From contig NC_043018.1 of the NCBI RefSeq assembly GCF_006345805.1, positions 2,046,001 through 2,110,000 of the forward strand: a stretch of 64,000 nucleotides of DNA. The letters run 5' to 3'. The first letter of the stretch is position 1, and each line of letters opens with the position of its first letter. Of the stretch, positions 1 to 13,859 are shown in pieces. The position numbers and the translations under genes are program-made. This stretch comes from Octopus sinensis. Taxonomy: Eukaryota. The notes beneath the pieces were generated by a model that did no database searches, was not told where the DNA came from, and saw only the letters and a list, made by a program, of their open reading frames with translations.

Positions 1-600
1 AGGAATGGCCTGGCCGAGGGCTTAATAAGTTGTCTATGCAAACACAAGGCCCCAGTGAATGGTATCTGGGAAACCTGTCATTTTAGCTAACATATGCACG
101 TGTGAGTGTATCGTGGTCGATTCAGACCTTGTGAATAAAATCGGGGACAGGGAAACTCTGTGGAAGATCGTCAAATGGATTGTACTCGCAATTCAAAACA
201 GCAACTATGCTTCATACAGTGTCACTCTCATTCTGCTCTGCAATTTCATTAAAATTACATGTTTTCTGCGAGTTATTCGACTACTTTCAAGCTGATCCAA
301 GAATCAAAGTAGTTCTGTTAGTCGAAAAACCGGTATGCTCATTGTCGGTATCGACGGAGAACCTATTTACTTATTCCTCACACGTCATCCTGGAGCCAGC
401 GATATAAGAAGATCTAAGACACCCTGTTTTATATATCCCTTCGGGATTGAATGATGGTATCTCCATGTTGTTCTTGTTGTTTCTTTACGGATCATACATG
501 TCTAGCTTTACAAGCGAGCTCACATACTGCATCTGGAGTTGATTGAATTTAATGGTGATAACGTCATGTTCTGTTTTATTAGCTTTTTTCAAAATCATAT
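1..600 (-). pseudogene. Possible highly decayed LINE ORF2 C-terminal fragment (Jockey/CR1-like)
   Basis: Minus-strand frames give 'SRITRRKHVILMKLQSRMRVTLYEA' and 'FDDLPQSFP', loosely like the R-T-R...W-N-x-LP tail of LINE ORF2. There are many stops and no catalytic motif. Confidence 0.25.
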
Positions 601-621
601 CTGCGTGTATTATAAATGTGA

Positions 622-622
622 G

Positions 623-654
<32 letters not shown>

Positions 655-667
655 TAGATATATATAT

Positions 668-700
<33 letters not shown>

Positions 701-750
701 GCATACATATATATATATACATATATATAATATATATATATAATATATAT

Positions 751-801
<51 letters not shown>

Positions 802-827
802 ATATATATATATATATATACACATAC

Positions 828-858
<31 letters not shown>

Positions 859-1010
859 CATATATATATACATATTATATATATATATATATATTATATA
901 TATATATAATATATATATAATATATATATATATGTATATATATACATAAATATATATATATATATGTATACATATATATATATATATATATATATGTGTA
1001 TATGGTTATA
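622..1010. repeat. (TA)n-rich compound microsatellite
   Basis: Direct reading; source of the poly-IY ORFs. Confidence 0.95.
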
Positions 1011-1592
1011 TGCATACATACACTCACACACATATATATACATATACATAATGGGCATATTATGTTGTTTGTGTATAGATACATATTCATTAATAAAAAA
1101 AACACAAATATGTGCGTACGAATGCACATGCATCTCTCTCTCTCTCTCTCTCTCTTTCTATCAATCTATCTATTTCTCTCTATATATACACATATACACA
1201 TATATGTGTGTGTCTGTGTCTGTACGCATACACATACATGATACAGGATATACACAATCCAATGCGTATGTGTGTGAGTGAGAGTGTGCATGTTTTATAC
1301 ACATTTATATATGACGCATATACACACCAAAATATGCGTACATAATGTGCAAGGTGTATATGTTTCTATACACACACCACGGCACGCTTTTGCTTTAAGG
1401 TGCGATTCAGCTGCAAGAATTTTTTTTTGTTGTTGTTTTGTTTATTATTAGCATGTCGATCAACCGTGGAGATTTTTTTTCTTTTATTCACCGACTCGGA
1501 ATTGATTCTTGTTTGTCTTGTGAAGATAATGGTAATGGAATGCGAACCTGATGATAATAATTATGTTGAACAAGAAGCTGAGGATTGTGGTT

Positions 1593-1636
<44 letters not shown>

Positions 1637-2689
1637 ATTGATGGTGGTGTTGGTGGTGGTAACAATGAAAACGTGTTGTGACGTCATCCCCATCCGCCGG
1701 CTATCAGATAGAAGGATGGATGAATTGGTTTGTGGAAAGGAAATTAACTTGAATGTTGTCCAATGTTATTATAAAGAGTTAATTAATTATTGTTTCTACA
1801 TTGTACAACTGATTAATGCATCGCTAACTGTAAACATGGAGTAGAAATCGCCAGACAAACGAGAGCGGACATGTTGCTTAACATAATCGCTGCTGATGAG
1901 AGAAATAACAGCCAAATCATCATCATCACCACCACCACCACCACTACCACCACCATCATCATCATCATCATCATCATCATCTTACATCACACGTTATTTG
2001 CAATATCAAAAAATATCAATAAATATTGAAGGAAGCCTTATATAATGTAGTCCTTCAAGTACTTTATAAATGATTAATTCCTTACTTCTATGCTTGATCT
2101 GCTAGAATTGGCAGCCGAATATTCATCATATTGTATAACACAGTCGTTAGTGTATTAACAACGGACATATTGTGTGCCGTACATCTTGAATCAGTACTTA
2201 CGTTGCGTGCGTGTGGGGGAAAGGTATCATATATGCACTTGCTCTTTTACAATTAATATTTGAGTGTTTCTTATCTTAATTAAGACAGTACATACCTTGT
2301 TAAAATTGGAGGACGTTTTGTCTGACAATGCAGAATCCCTAGAAATGAAAGAGTAATTATGAGAAAAATAAAAAGAATTAACGAGAAAATCAACCAAGTT
2401 AAATACTACCAGCAGCAACGCACCCATTCCACTGACATTGAATCACTCGAATCGAAAAAACACGAATTTCAAGAAAAGCATAGGGACCATCGTTGACAAC
2501 CAAAGAGCAGCCGAGGAGAATTGGGCCATTGAGAAAAGAAATCTCAGTCCCAAAGTTTTCTTTTCATAAAAGAAAAACAAAAAAAAAATCAAAGTCGCTG
2601 TTTCCAATGTTGGTTCTTTGGTTAATGAAAACAACACTCTACATGATGATGCAAAATCCACGTGCGAGATATTGCAGAAACAACACTGC

Positions 2690-4300
2690 TCTGTCTTCAG
2701 TAACGCTTCAGTAATGCGATTGATCTGGCTAGTATCAGTGAGGTAAACCCTCAACTAACGATATCTGACGTAACTTTTGGTGCTCCTGATATCCTAACAG
2801 AAATAGATAAGATCAAGCACAAGTCGGCAGTAAGTCCTGAAGGAAATAAATCTCTTGCAGTGAACTACCGTCCGATTTCACTCAATTCTCGTATCATTAA
2901 AGTATTTGAGAGGGTAGTGAAATCGCGGATAACCCATTTCCTCGAAGACAACAATCTGCTGAACCCAAACCAGCATGGTTTCCGTGATGACAGGGACTGC
3001 TTGTCGCAGCTTCTGCACCATTTTGATGACATTTTAAAAGCTTTGAGAGAAGGCTCCAACACTGATGCCGTATATCTTGTTTTCAGCAAGGCATTTGACA
3101 GAGTGGACCACAAAATCCTGCTGAAGAAACTACCCAGCACTGGAGTCCGTGGAAACCTGCTGCAGTGAATAAAGTGTTTCCTGATGAACAGATCCCAACA
3201 TGTAGTGGTTGAGGGAATCCTATCAAACTCAGCCAAAATCAGTAGTGGTTTCCCACAAGGTACTTGTGTTGGGCCCACTCCTATTTACTATCTGCATCAA
3301 TGAAATAGTAGACGTCATCAAACGCTGTACATTGAAAGTCTTTGCAGATGACTGAGAACTTCAGAAGGTCATAAATGGTACGGCTGGCCGAACATGCTTT
3401 CAGTTGGATCTGTTCGCTTTTCTCCGATGGACGGAAAAGAACAACATGCTTCAAAATGAAGATAAGTTTAATTTGATACACTTTGGAAAAGAGGATATTC
3501 TGAAGGTACCACATTCCCTCCCTTCGAGCAACGCCCTAGCGTCATCCAGGAACACCAGACCTTGAAATATTTGTTGATAGCAATCTAAGATGAAGTTCCC
3601 ACGTAAACAGCAAGGCTGACATGGCCCGCAAGATGTGCCCCTGGATTCTGAGAACTTTTTAGTCTTGAGATGCGCACACCATCATCCTTCTCTGCTCTAC
3701 TTTTGCCCTACCCCACCTTGAATTCTGTTGCTCACTGTGGTATCCCCATACGAATCAACTCATTATGAAAGTGGAAGCACTTCAGAGTTCAATAACAAGA
3801 AAGATAGACGGCATGCCAGGCACTGACTATTGGGATCGACTGAAAAACTGAATCTCTACTCTTTCCAACGCCGACGGGAGCGCAACATTATTTGTATGAT
3901 GTGGAAAAACATTCCATCAATATTGCACAAATAATGTTGGCACCAATTTTAAAATCCACCCAAGACTTGAAACCCGTGCTGTCCACCCACTACAAAAATC
4001 GAGATCAAGTCACATAACAACATTACAGCACAACTACTTTACCTCAACCGGTCCAGTTCTCTTTAATACCATAACAAAATACATCAAAACAGAAACAGAT
4101 CCCATAAAATTCAAAAGTTCTCTGGACAAATTTCTCAAAAAAAAACCCGGATATGTCTCCAGAAATGATAACTCTTTGCTAGAGTGGGTCATGGTGCCCT
4201 ATATATGACTGGCATGTGAATCATGATCTAAAAGACTTCACCAGGTAGTGCTGCTAAGTTGCTTTGGATTATATTGACCGAAACATTTCTAAGTTATCTA
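2690..4300 (+). mobile_element. 5'-truncated CR1/L2-clade LINE, decayed reverse transcriptase and 3' end
   Basis: ORF 2860-3168 reads NYRPISL...NQHGFR...VYLVFSKAFDRVDHKILL, continuing after a stop as SGFPQGT and VFADD (YADD-like). The C-terminus KFKSSLDKFL and a 3' tail follow. Multiple stops and frameshifts. Confidence 0.92.
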
Positions 4301-4879
4301 AATTATTGTAATACTTAACGCAGTGTATAGGTGAGGGAATCTTTATTTACGCGCTTGATCTACTAGAATCAGTTCCTGAATGTTTCTCATGTTATATGAT
4401 ACAATACTTAGCGTTTTCAAAAATGACTTATTTACGATATAACTTTTGACGCCCTATATAATAGAAGTACTTTTACCAATCTTTTTGAGACAGTAGCGGA
4501 ACTTATCTTATAACAGATATCCATGTTTAATAAAAAGAAAAAATGGAGACATTCCTTAACGTAATCATCAATTCATTTTATTTCCCTGTTCCATTTATCT
4601 TTTTAATTTGCTTTGTATCTTATACTTTGCCATTCTTTACCTATTGAAATTTCACTATATACTTGTTTATCTCATCATCTTATCATTACGTTGTTATTTA
4701 GTATTTTATTGTATGTCTTTTATCTTATTATATATGTTTTATTTTTAACTGTGTCTCCACATAAGCATCGTATTTTAGCTGTTAAATCTTGGTATTTTAA
4801 AGCATTTTTTAAACGAAATATTAGAGCACATAAAAAGGCAACTGGCTGGCAGAATCTTTAGTAGGCCTTGCAAAATGTC

Positions 4880-5000
4880 TTGCGCCATTTTCTTTCGTCT
4901 TTACGTTCCGAGTAAAAAAGCGCCGAGGTCGACTTTGTGTTTCATCCTCTCGGAGTCATAAATTAAGAACCAATTGATATCTGGGGTCGATATAATCGAT
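4880..5000 (+). mobile_element. Degenerate SINE family A fragment
   Basis: gccgaggtcgactttgtgtttcatcctctcggagtc...ggggtcgatata matches the core of the full copy at 59186-59419. Confidence 0.7.
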
Positions 5001-5479
5001 ATGATTCTCTTCACCGAAATCGCTGGCTTTTGGAAATCAGTATAAATACCCATATATATAATCGAGCACATTATAGTAAAATGTTATACGCTAGAGTCGC
5101 CTCTGCTTGTGCTCTGAGTCCACAGTATCGAATTTTCATGGCTAATGTAAAATACCAGTTTCCCCAGTTTCGTGTTCAAAACCTCGATATCCGTATTTTT
5201 TTACATTTTTACGTTGGTTTGAATCCTGTATGCTGATACCGCGCCCATACGCACCATTTTAAAATAAACATACCCAACACTTCCAACTTCTACAGTAATG
5301 GTCCCGGAGTCAAGTGTAAAGGAGCCATGAGATGGATATATTTCACAGATCGAGTATTTGCTTGACCGGTTTTGAATTGGTGGTCATTTTATCCCTCAGC
5401 TGTGCGTTCAAGCCATCCACGTTTCCGAAAATGGCCTCAACTAAGTAAGGACTAACGCCGGGTACGCATTCTCTTCTTT

Positions 5480-5888
5480 TTCTTTTACTTGTTTCAGTCA
5501 TTTGACTGCGGCCATGCTGGAGCACCGTCCTTACTCAAACAAATCGACCCCAGAACTTATTCTTTGTAAGCGTAGTACTTATTATATCGGTCTCTTTGCC
5601 GAACCGCTAAGTTACGGGGACGTAGACACAGCAACATAGGTTGTCAAGCGATGTTAGGGGAACAAACACAGACACACAAACATATACGCACACATATATA
5701 TACACATATACACACACATATATAAATATAGGACTGGCTTCATTCAGTTTCCGTCCGCGAAAACCACCCACAAGGCTTTGATCGGCCCGAGACTATAGTA
5801 GAAGACACTTGCCCAAGGTGCCACGCAGTGGGACTGAACCCGGAACCATGTGGTTGGTAAGCAAGCTACTTACCCACAACCACGCCTG
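5480..5888 (-). mobile_element. tRNA-derived SINE family B, near full length
   Basis: Reverse complement of the copy at 22357-22755 (B-box ggttcagtcc, internal CA/TA tract, ctccagcatggccgca tail). Confidence 0.9.
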
Positions 5889-5949
5889 ACAAAATCTTCC
5901 AATTAATTTATATCCATTTTGAAAAATCACTCTGATTCTATGTTGATTA

Positions 5950-6550
5950 TTCAGTTTCTCTCTATTACGTACAACATCAGATGAAAGTTGGCCTTCAAAG
6001 ATGTGTCGGGAATCGCTCCAGAGTTCTTATTCCTCATCAAACTAAAAAGGAGAAGCGCAAATTCCTCAGCGAGTATCTTGCACAAGATTGTATAGTAAAC
6101 TGTTTTCAACAGAGTTATGGCCCGAAAATAATCTAGGACGTCTTTTTTTGCCCTCCATCATTTCTCGGCAGTGCTATAATTCTCTCTTGCCAACGTAGTT
6201 AACCGCAGCCAATTGTGACAGAAGTTTGCCACTGGAAAGTGTAAACGATTTTGGCACACATTCACAAAAGTGGAGACCAAACTAACCCCGGCAGCGGGTT
6301 TTACTAGTGCAGCAACTGTAGTTGTCACTCTTTACAATACACCGTCTGTTCAACCTTGAGCCAGCACGGTTTTAAAAGTTGGCACTGCAGTACACCGTTA
6401 TTTACCCGCCACAACCACCCTTGAAACGAAATAGGCGAGCAAAGTACTATAGCAAAAGACCCTCTTCCCACCCCTGCTTCAATGAAATATCCCTTAACCT
6501 TCAAGAGCTGATTATTGGCCCGTTTTAGTTCCATTTTTCTAGTATTTTCG
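5950..6550 (-). pseudogene. L1/Tx1-like LINE reverse transcriptase fragment
   Basis: Minus strand reads DYFRAITLLKTVYYTILCKILAEEFALL and, in another frame, AIPDTSLKANFH. These resemble L1-clade RT 'NWRPISLLN-DYKILAK-LA-RL...IPGR-I--N'. Frameshifted. Confidence 0.55.
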
Positions 6551-7441
6551 GTCGCAGTTCTTTTGCTGCTGTTGTTGTTGATGATGATGATGATGATGGT
6601 GATGTTTCTGTTGTTGTTGTTGTTCTTGCACTTTTTACGTGTTTGTATTGTTTTGTTTTCGCAGTGGTTGTTGTTATTCATGTAGCTGTGTTCATCCTCT
6701 TTATTTTTGTTGTTGTTGTTGCTGTTTCTAGCTGGTGCCTTGTTTGGCGTCCTGATTGCGGATTAACTCCGTTGCTATTCGTTATTGATGCTGTTCTGGT
6801 GCTTGTCCAAATTCGGCAGGTAAATGGTTTTCGGGCTCTCTGGCATCTTGTCGACTTTAATTCTTTCTTTTTTTTTTTTGTAAATTTGTGATGGTCATTA
6901 ATTTCTTTCATTTTCATTTTTACCATTTTCCTTTGATGACAACGATTTGCCGCGCACTACTCTACATCTCCTCCTCTTCCTACAACTGCTGCTACCACTT
7001 CTCTTCTTCCTTTCACAAGAATTCCGAGGGAGAGAAAAAAAGGGAGAGTAGAATAGAGAAGGTGATTGATAAGGTTTCAGACGTCGATATTAAATGCTTT
7101 CTCCGTATTCATAGAATTTCTTATGGAATATTTAGTTTCAGTTGAGAAGAAAAGGGACGACATTAAAAAAATTGAGTCGGAGAGGAGAAGAGGTAGAGGG
7201 AAAGATAGAGAGGGAGAATGGAGGGAATAAAGATGTGAGAGGGGAGGAGGAAGGATAGAGAGAGGGAGAGAGAGAAGGAGAGGTAGCGGGAGAGAGTGAA
7301 GAAGAAATAGGGGGGAGGGAGAAACAGGGAGTAAGAGATAAGGAGTAAGGCAGGAAGAGAGAGATGAGATTGTGAATGAGTGACATACTGAGGTAGAGGA
7401 AGTGATTTTGAGATAAGGAACGCGCATGCGCACACACACAG

Positions 7442-7472
<31 letters not shown>

Positions 7473-7588
7473 ATATCTGTATATATATATCTGTATATAT
7501 ATATATATATACATATATACATATATATACATATATATACATATATACATACATAGATATATATACATATATATATATATATATACAG

Positions 7589-7629
<41 letters not shown>

Positions 7630-7642
7630 GGTATGTACACAC

Positions 7643-7713
<71 letters not shown>

Positions 7714-8640
7714 TATATGCATGTATATATACATATATATATACGTATATATATATTTATATATAAACACACACACACACACATATATATATACGTATAT
7801 ATATATTTATATACACACGCATGTGCGTACGTACGTACGTATGTGTGTATGAAACGTATGCATGTGTGTATGCGTATGTATATTTAATGGCAAAACAGGA
7901 GAGAAAGAGCGAAAAATCGCAATATATAGATAGGATTAAAGATAAAGTCATCGTGGAGGTGGGCATGTTTGTATTTGTGTATGTTATTTCTGACTTCACG
8001 ACCCGAGAAATTTAATCATAACTCTGAAATATTGTCGATAAATCATTTGAATTTTTCACATCGTTCTCCGTAGATGCTGTTTTTATTGGGAAATCTTGAC
8101 AGTCGTGTTGGTTATGTCGTCAATATAATGTTTAGATGGTAGTGTGTAAGCGCTACAGCATTTTATTATCAACAAAATCCGAAACAGGAACAAACCAAAA
8201 CAAACGAAACACAAAAATCTAAAAGTCAAATATGTTTATTTATCATCGAATAAAATCTAATATGTCGAAATGTTTTCATAGGGCTTCTCAGTTTATGTTT
8301 CAAGATTTACAATTGTCCAAGGTCGACTTGGCCCCTTCAGTTCTTTGTGATCGAGAATGTTATTTCACTAACAGTAAAATAATGACTTCGATTAAGATGG
8401 CGTCAAAATTATTGGCCCTGTTTCTCTATAGCAGATCCTTAATATGAATCTATATTGAGCTAATGCGTGGGCCCTGCTAGAAATATATACTATACCGATT
8501 TGGTTCGGCAATGTGGTTAAGAAGGTTGTTCAGCGAACACGTAGTTTGGTGTTCAATCTGTGTCGAAGCCCCTCATATATATGTATATATATATATATAT
8601 ATTATATATATATATATATATTTATTTATTTATATATATA

Positions 8641-9021
8641 CTAGCAGTATCGCCCGGCGTTGCTCAGGTTTGTAAGGGAAGTAACTATAAAGTATTTTTA
8701 GAGAGTTATAGCCAAAAAATAGCAAAAAATGGAAAAAAATGATGGTAAATTTTTTTTTGAGATTTAAAAAGGTGGAGTTGCGTCCCCTAGACAGTTTGTG
8801 GTTCGTGTTTCTGATTCTCGACCCCATGTCGAATTTATCGATTTTTTCAGAACTGGGGGAAATTTTCAAAATTTTCGCTGCGTTAGTTTTGAATTATGAC
8901 ATTGGGCTATGTGTGTGTCAAGTTTCATCAGAATCGGTTGAAAGCCGTGGTCAGGGTGAGGGTACAAGCAAACAGACACACAGAAACACGCACAGACAAA
9001 CTGCCGTTTATATATAGAGAG

Positions 9022-9022
<1 letters not shown>
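8641..9022 (-). mobile_element. Non-autonomous Helitron (Lep1/DINE-like)
   Basis: On the minus strand it starts 5'-TC (9022) and ends CTAG-3' (8641) after a GC-rich short hairpin (gcaacgccgggcgatactgc). It sits between A and T with no TSD. Confidence 0.8.
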
Positions 9023-9100
<78 letters not shown>

Positions 9101-9361
9101 TCCTTTACTTGTTTCAGGAATGTAATAGTGGCCATGCTGGAGCACCACCTTTAGTCGAACAAATCACCCCAGGACATATTCTATCGGTTCTGTTGCTGAA
9201 CCGCTACTTTGAGGGTACGTAAACACATCAACATCAGTTATCAGAGTGATGGTAGGAGGACAAACACAGACACACAAATAAAGACAGGCACGCACACAAA
9301 CACACACACATATATTTACATATACACGACGGGCTTCTTTCAGTTTCTGTCCACCAAATCC
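9101..9361 (-). mobile_element. SINE family B, 5'-truncated and degenerate
   Basis: Tail ggccatgctggagcacc and core cttctttcagtttc match family B. Confidence 0.8.
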
Positions 9362-9399
9362 TCTCACCATCTTTAAGGGTACTGGGAAGCATAGCTGAA

Positions 9400-9505
9400 G
9401 TCCCAGCCTTCCGAGGTCTTTTACAGGGCGTAGAAAAACTGATGGACTGTTGCAATAATCTTGTGAATCTAAGAGGGAGACTATGTTGAATAAAATCATA
9501 TTTAA
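9400..9505 (+). mobile_element. mariner-derived fragment (transposase C-terminal end)
   Basis: tgcaataatcttgtgaatctaagagggagactatgttgaataa resembles the mariner C-terminus 'KCV-L-GDYVE*'. It is homologous to 28542-28725 and 29025-29205. Confidence 0.6.
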
Positions 9506-9590
9506 TTAATCCAAAGCAATGAACATTTCAACACCACACGCCATATATATATGTATATATAATATATATATATTATATATATATATATAT

Positions 9591-9804
9591 GGCAGAATCG
9601 CTAGCACGCCGGGCGAAATGCGTTGCCGCATTTCGTCTGGCCTTACGTTCCGAGTTCAAATTCCGCGAGGTCGACTTTGCCTTTCATCCTTCGAGGTCGA
9701 TAAATTAAGTATCAGTTACGCACTGGGGTGATGTGTAATCGATTTAATCCGTTTGTTGTCCTTGTTTGTCTCCACTGTGTTTAGCCCCTTGTGGGTATAA
9801 GAAT

Positions 9805-9808
<4 letters not shown>
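9591..9808 (+). mobile_element. tRNA-derived SINE family A
   Basis: Aligns along its length with 59186-59419; B-box gagttcaaattcc. Confidence 0.9.
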
Positions 9809-9857
<49 letters not shown>

Positions 9858-10149
9858 GTATATACATACATACACATACATACATATGTACATACGTACA
9901 TACTACACACACTCACATATATATATATATATAAGAAATTATAGAAGGAAAATACACATTACATAGTTTTAATAATATATTTGTTTAGCAAAAGAGAAAC
10001 CGGTCGACAAGCATAATATGAAATATATTAGAAATTATATTAAAACTCTATAAACTGTGTGCATTTTCCTTCTTTAATTTCTTATATATATTACAACTGA
10101 ACACGTGGAGATAATCGAAATTCCTCCCTTTCTGTTACTATATATATTA

Positions 10150-10385
10150 TATGTCCTGATTTCTTCTTCTTCTTCTCTTCTTCTTCTTCTGTTCTCTTCT
10201 TCTCTTCTTCTTCTTTTCTTTTCTTCTTTTCTGCTTCTTCTTCTTCTTCTTCTTCTCTTCTCTTCTTCTTCTTCTTCTTTTCTCTTCATTCTGTTTCTTC
10301 TTCTTCTTCTTCTTCTTCTTCACCTCCTCCTCCTCCTCCTTCTCCTTCTTCTTCTTCCTTTTCTTCTTCTCCTCCTCCTCTTTCT
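10150..10385. repeat. (CTT)n/(CTC)n polypyrimidine microsatellite
   Basis: Direct reading. Confidence 0.9.
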
Positions 10386-10714
10386 TCTTGTGTTTGTTTT
10401 CGATCCACTGACTGAACACATACATACACACACACACACACACACACTCTCTCTCTCTCTCTTCTCCTCTCTCTCTCTCTCAACACACATATATATTTAT
10501 ACACACACAGGCACACACACGAACATACACACATCCACACAGGCACATACACACACACAACCATAAACACACCCATATAAGAAGGTAATCTTGATCTGTG
10601 GCACAGGAAGATCACGTGATTTCACCCTGCAATGAGTTCCTCAGTGACAGGTATTCCGCAGCGTGGTAACAAGCGAATCTTCTGTTAAACATATATAAAG
10701 CCTCTCTCTCTCTC

Positions 10715-10845
10715 TCTGTCACTCCTTTGTATTCCCTCTCTTACGGTACGTCGCCAGTCTCCACGATTGCCGGCAACTGCCTCCCAGTTGCTAATATTGA
10801 TGTTGCAAGCCTTCATGTCCCTTTTGTAAACATTCTTGTATCTTA
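10715..10845 (-). mobile_element. RTE-clade LINE ORF2 C-terminal fragment
   Basis: RYKNVYKRDMKACNINISNWEAVAGNRGDWRRTVREGIQ fits the RTE 'RYKD--K-D+K---I----WE--A-DR--WR' motif. Same family as 22965-23275. Confidence 0.8.
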
Positions 10846-13174
10846 ACAACAACAACAACAATAACAACAACAACAATAACAACAACAACAACAACAACAA
10901 CACTATATATATATAATAAATTAATAAATAAATAAAATATATGCATATATACATACATATATGTACGTACCTACATCTACATGTATATATACATACATAT
11001 ATGGGTACAGGACACCAAAAATGAGAAACGAAAACATAAACACAAAACCAAGGAAATGGATATTTTTCTTAAACAACGAAAAAATAGAGTACAGGACGTA
11101 CAAAACAAGGAAAATTCCCCTTCTTCAGTCGCCTTTGTTTCATCTACTCCACGTTTCGAAGGTCAAGGTGATACATGACTTTAATGAAACAATCCTTCCC
11201 GCGAAAATCAAATTAAATTAAATTTGAGATTTTTTGGCGGAGTGGTATGTATATGTATGTATATAAAGGTGGTGCTCCAGCACGGCCGCAGTCAAATGAC
11301 TGAAACAAATAAAAGAATAAAGCAATATAGTGCATATTGGTCAACCATTAAGTGAGTCATTTGCCTTTAACACATTAGGAGCAAAAGATGTGGAGGGTGG
11401 TAACTGACGCCCGTGCCTGCGGGGTAAGGTAGCCAACTGAGAGGAAAGGATGAACCAATTCCGGTACAAATGTTGACTGGTCATTTATTGGTTGATCCTA
11501 TGATGATGGCAGGCAAATTTGAACTCAGCGGAATTTGAACCCAGAGCACCGGCGACCGTAACTAATCCGGTAAATTAGTCTACCCTACGGCTCTATCGAC
11601 AACACGAATCCACTGAATTATTACATGGTAACTGGGAAAAGTTTAAGGGGTGGCCGTGGGTGGAATACGTTTGGTCGTATGTCTCCTCGATCAGAGATGA
11701 CCTGGATCAACAATGGAACGATGATTAATGTTCTGGTTTGATTCTGTTGATTGTATCATTTCCAAAGATTTGTGTGAATTTGAGACGCAAATGTTAGATC
11801 TTTAGGCATTGATGTCGGTCTCTGCTTTTATCAATTCTGTATCGATAAAATAAATATCTATAACGTGCAGGGGTTCGATATTATTGATTAGTCTTTTCAA
11901 TACATTTAGCCAAGTGACAGTGTTAGAAAATCAACATTTATAAAATTTAGCAACTTCAAAGTAGGTCTGGAATATCCTTCATCAAAGAACAGATCCTAAG
12001 TTTATGTTGTCGCTGTTTTTGTTGTTTAACCCCAGGTCAGTAATGCGTCGAGTAAGAGGATTTATGCTTCACAGCTTTGTAGCTGAGACCGTCCCCTTTT
12101 GCGTAGTTTATTTATTGTGTCTTCTCCCTCTTTCGTCTTTGGTGGTTGGGTTTTTGATAGAAAGGGGATTTCTGAACTGTTTCATGAAAGCTGAGCTATA
12201 CCATTTAAAGTCGATCCGATGTGATTATTTCACCCAATGTCTGTCTTGCTGAAAACAACGAGATTTATGATCGACGCCATTTTGTGAAATATTTTTTCTC
12301 ATCTGTTTGTTTTTACTCTATTTCTTTTATGGCGTTTGGAATTGAGATTTACACGAGATTTGCCAACTGTTTATCCGGGGGTGCGGGAAACAGCTTTGAA
12401 CTATATATTTAATAGGTTGCTGTCTTTCTTTAATTACAGGTAAGCATTTATTGAGAAGAACTCTAATGAAAATCTGTTCAAACCCTGAACATAAGGCCTT
12501 CATTCCAGGCCCAGTGTATAAGTCTTTGAAGTGTCAGGCTGAGCTTTCTTGTGTCTGTCCTGTAACTCTACGACGCGTGTTCAAATCTGACTGAGCTCAA
12601 ACATGTACACACACACATATATATATATATAATATCTATCCTTGTGTGTATATATATATATTCATATATACCCCAAAACACGCACACGCACATACACACA
12701 CAAACACACACATAAATATATGCATACTTTGACAGGCACGCTTATAGCCTTTACTACATTTAGCAAATGAAACGATAACTTAAAAGATTTATCCTTCGAT
12801 TCGCAAACATGCTAAAAGAATAGAACAAATGATGGCGTTTACTTAAATATTTCCATTCACAACGTGATTAAAAATCTTCTCCCGATATATAAGTAAGATG
12901 TTGAAATTGTTAGAGCCATATTACTTTGCGATATGCTCTGGTTTCCTCCGCGTTCAATTCAGATCTCACCAATGTCTAATCTTGGCATTATCAGTCCCAA
13001 ACTTTATAAAGACATTTAGAATAGTTAATATATAAAATGAGAGGTGGGAAACTACCAGCAGATAAGTAACACTAAATTACAAATTAGAATGTAGACAGAA
13101 AATACATCCATCATTCAGGGATTTTTCTACAATACATAACCAACAAGATGTTTTATAATGCCTTATACCATCAG

Positions 13175-13206
<32 letters not shown>

Positions 13207-13509
13207 TGTGTTTCTGTATGTGTGTGTCTGTATGTGTGTATGTGTGTGTGTAACAATATGTCACAGTACCAAATATAGCCGTATAACAATGAGCAAATAT
13301 AACAAGGGATGGTTAGCTTATTTTAAACGTTCGCACAATAACAATCCAACACCCCAACGCAGAATCAATAACGAGACTAACGCTCTCACATTGTGAATGG
13401 AAAATCAAGGGCAGGTGTGTCGGTTCAATCCACCACTAACGAAACATCTACCAATCTAAAACCTACGTGATTTAGGCTTGCATTTCTTTTTAAGGATTTC
13501 TTGGATGTA

Positions 13510-13510
13510 G

Positions 13511-13585
<75 letters not shown>

Positions 13586-13630
13586 GTCTGTCTGTCTGTC
13601 TGTCTATCTGTCTGTCTGTCTGTCTGTCTG
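13510..13630. repeat. (TCTA)n-(TCTG)n microsatellite
   Basis: Direct reading. Confidence 0.95.
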
Positions 13631-13859
13631 TATACACATACACACTATACATGTACATATAGATTTACATAAATGTACACGCACAAACATATATAATGAA
13701 TATATATATACACACACTCATACATATATACATACACAGACAGACAGACACAGACCTACGCACGACGTGCTGTTTTTGTTGTTATTATTTTATCATTATT
13801 GTTTTTACGTATTTTTGTAATTTTACTCGTGTAACATCGTCCGTTTTTCCGTCCTTGTT

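Noticed and set aside
1884-1915. gctg-CTGATGA-ga-GAAA-taa-cagc hammerhead-like string
   Set aside because: No stem II or stem III can form.
5425-5455. aaaATGGCCTCAACTAA|gtaagg as a start exon
   Set aside because: The donor is weak, it sits between repeat relics, and there is no other support.
8390-8450. aagATGGCG YY1/start-like motif
   Set aside because: The ORF closes after 16 codons and there is no splice donor.
11100-11165. Minus-strand GAAAC...CTGAAGA in a repeat relic (possible permuted hammerhead)
   Set aside because: The required helices could not be paired convincingly.
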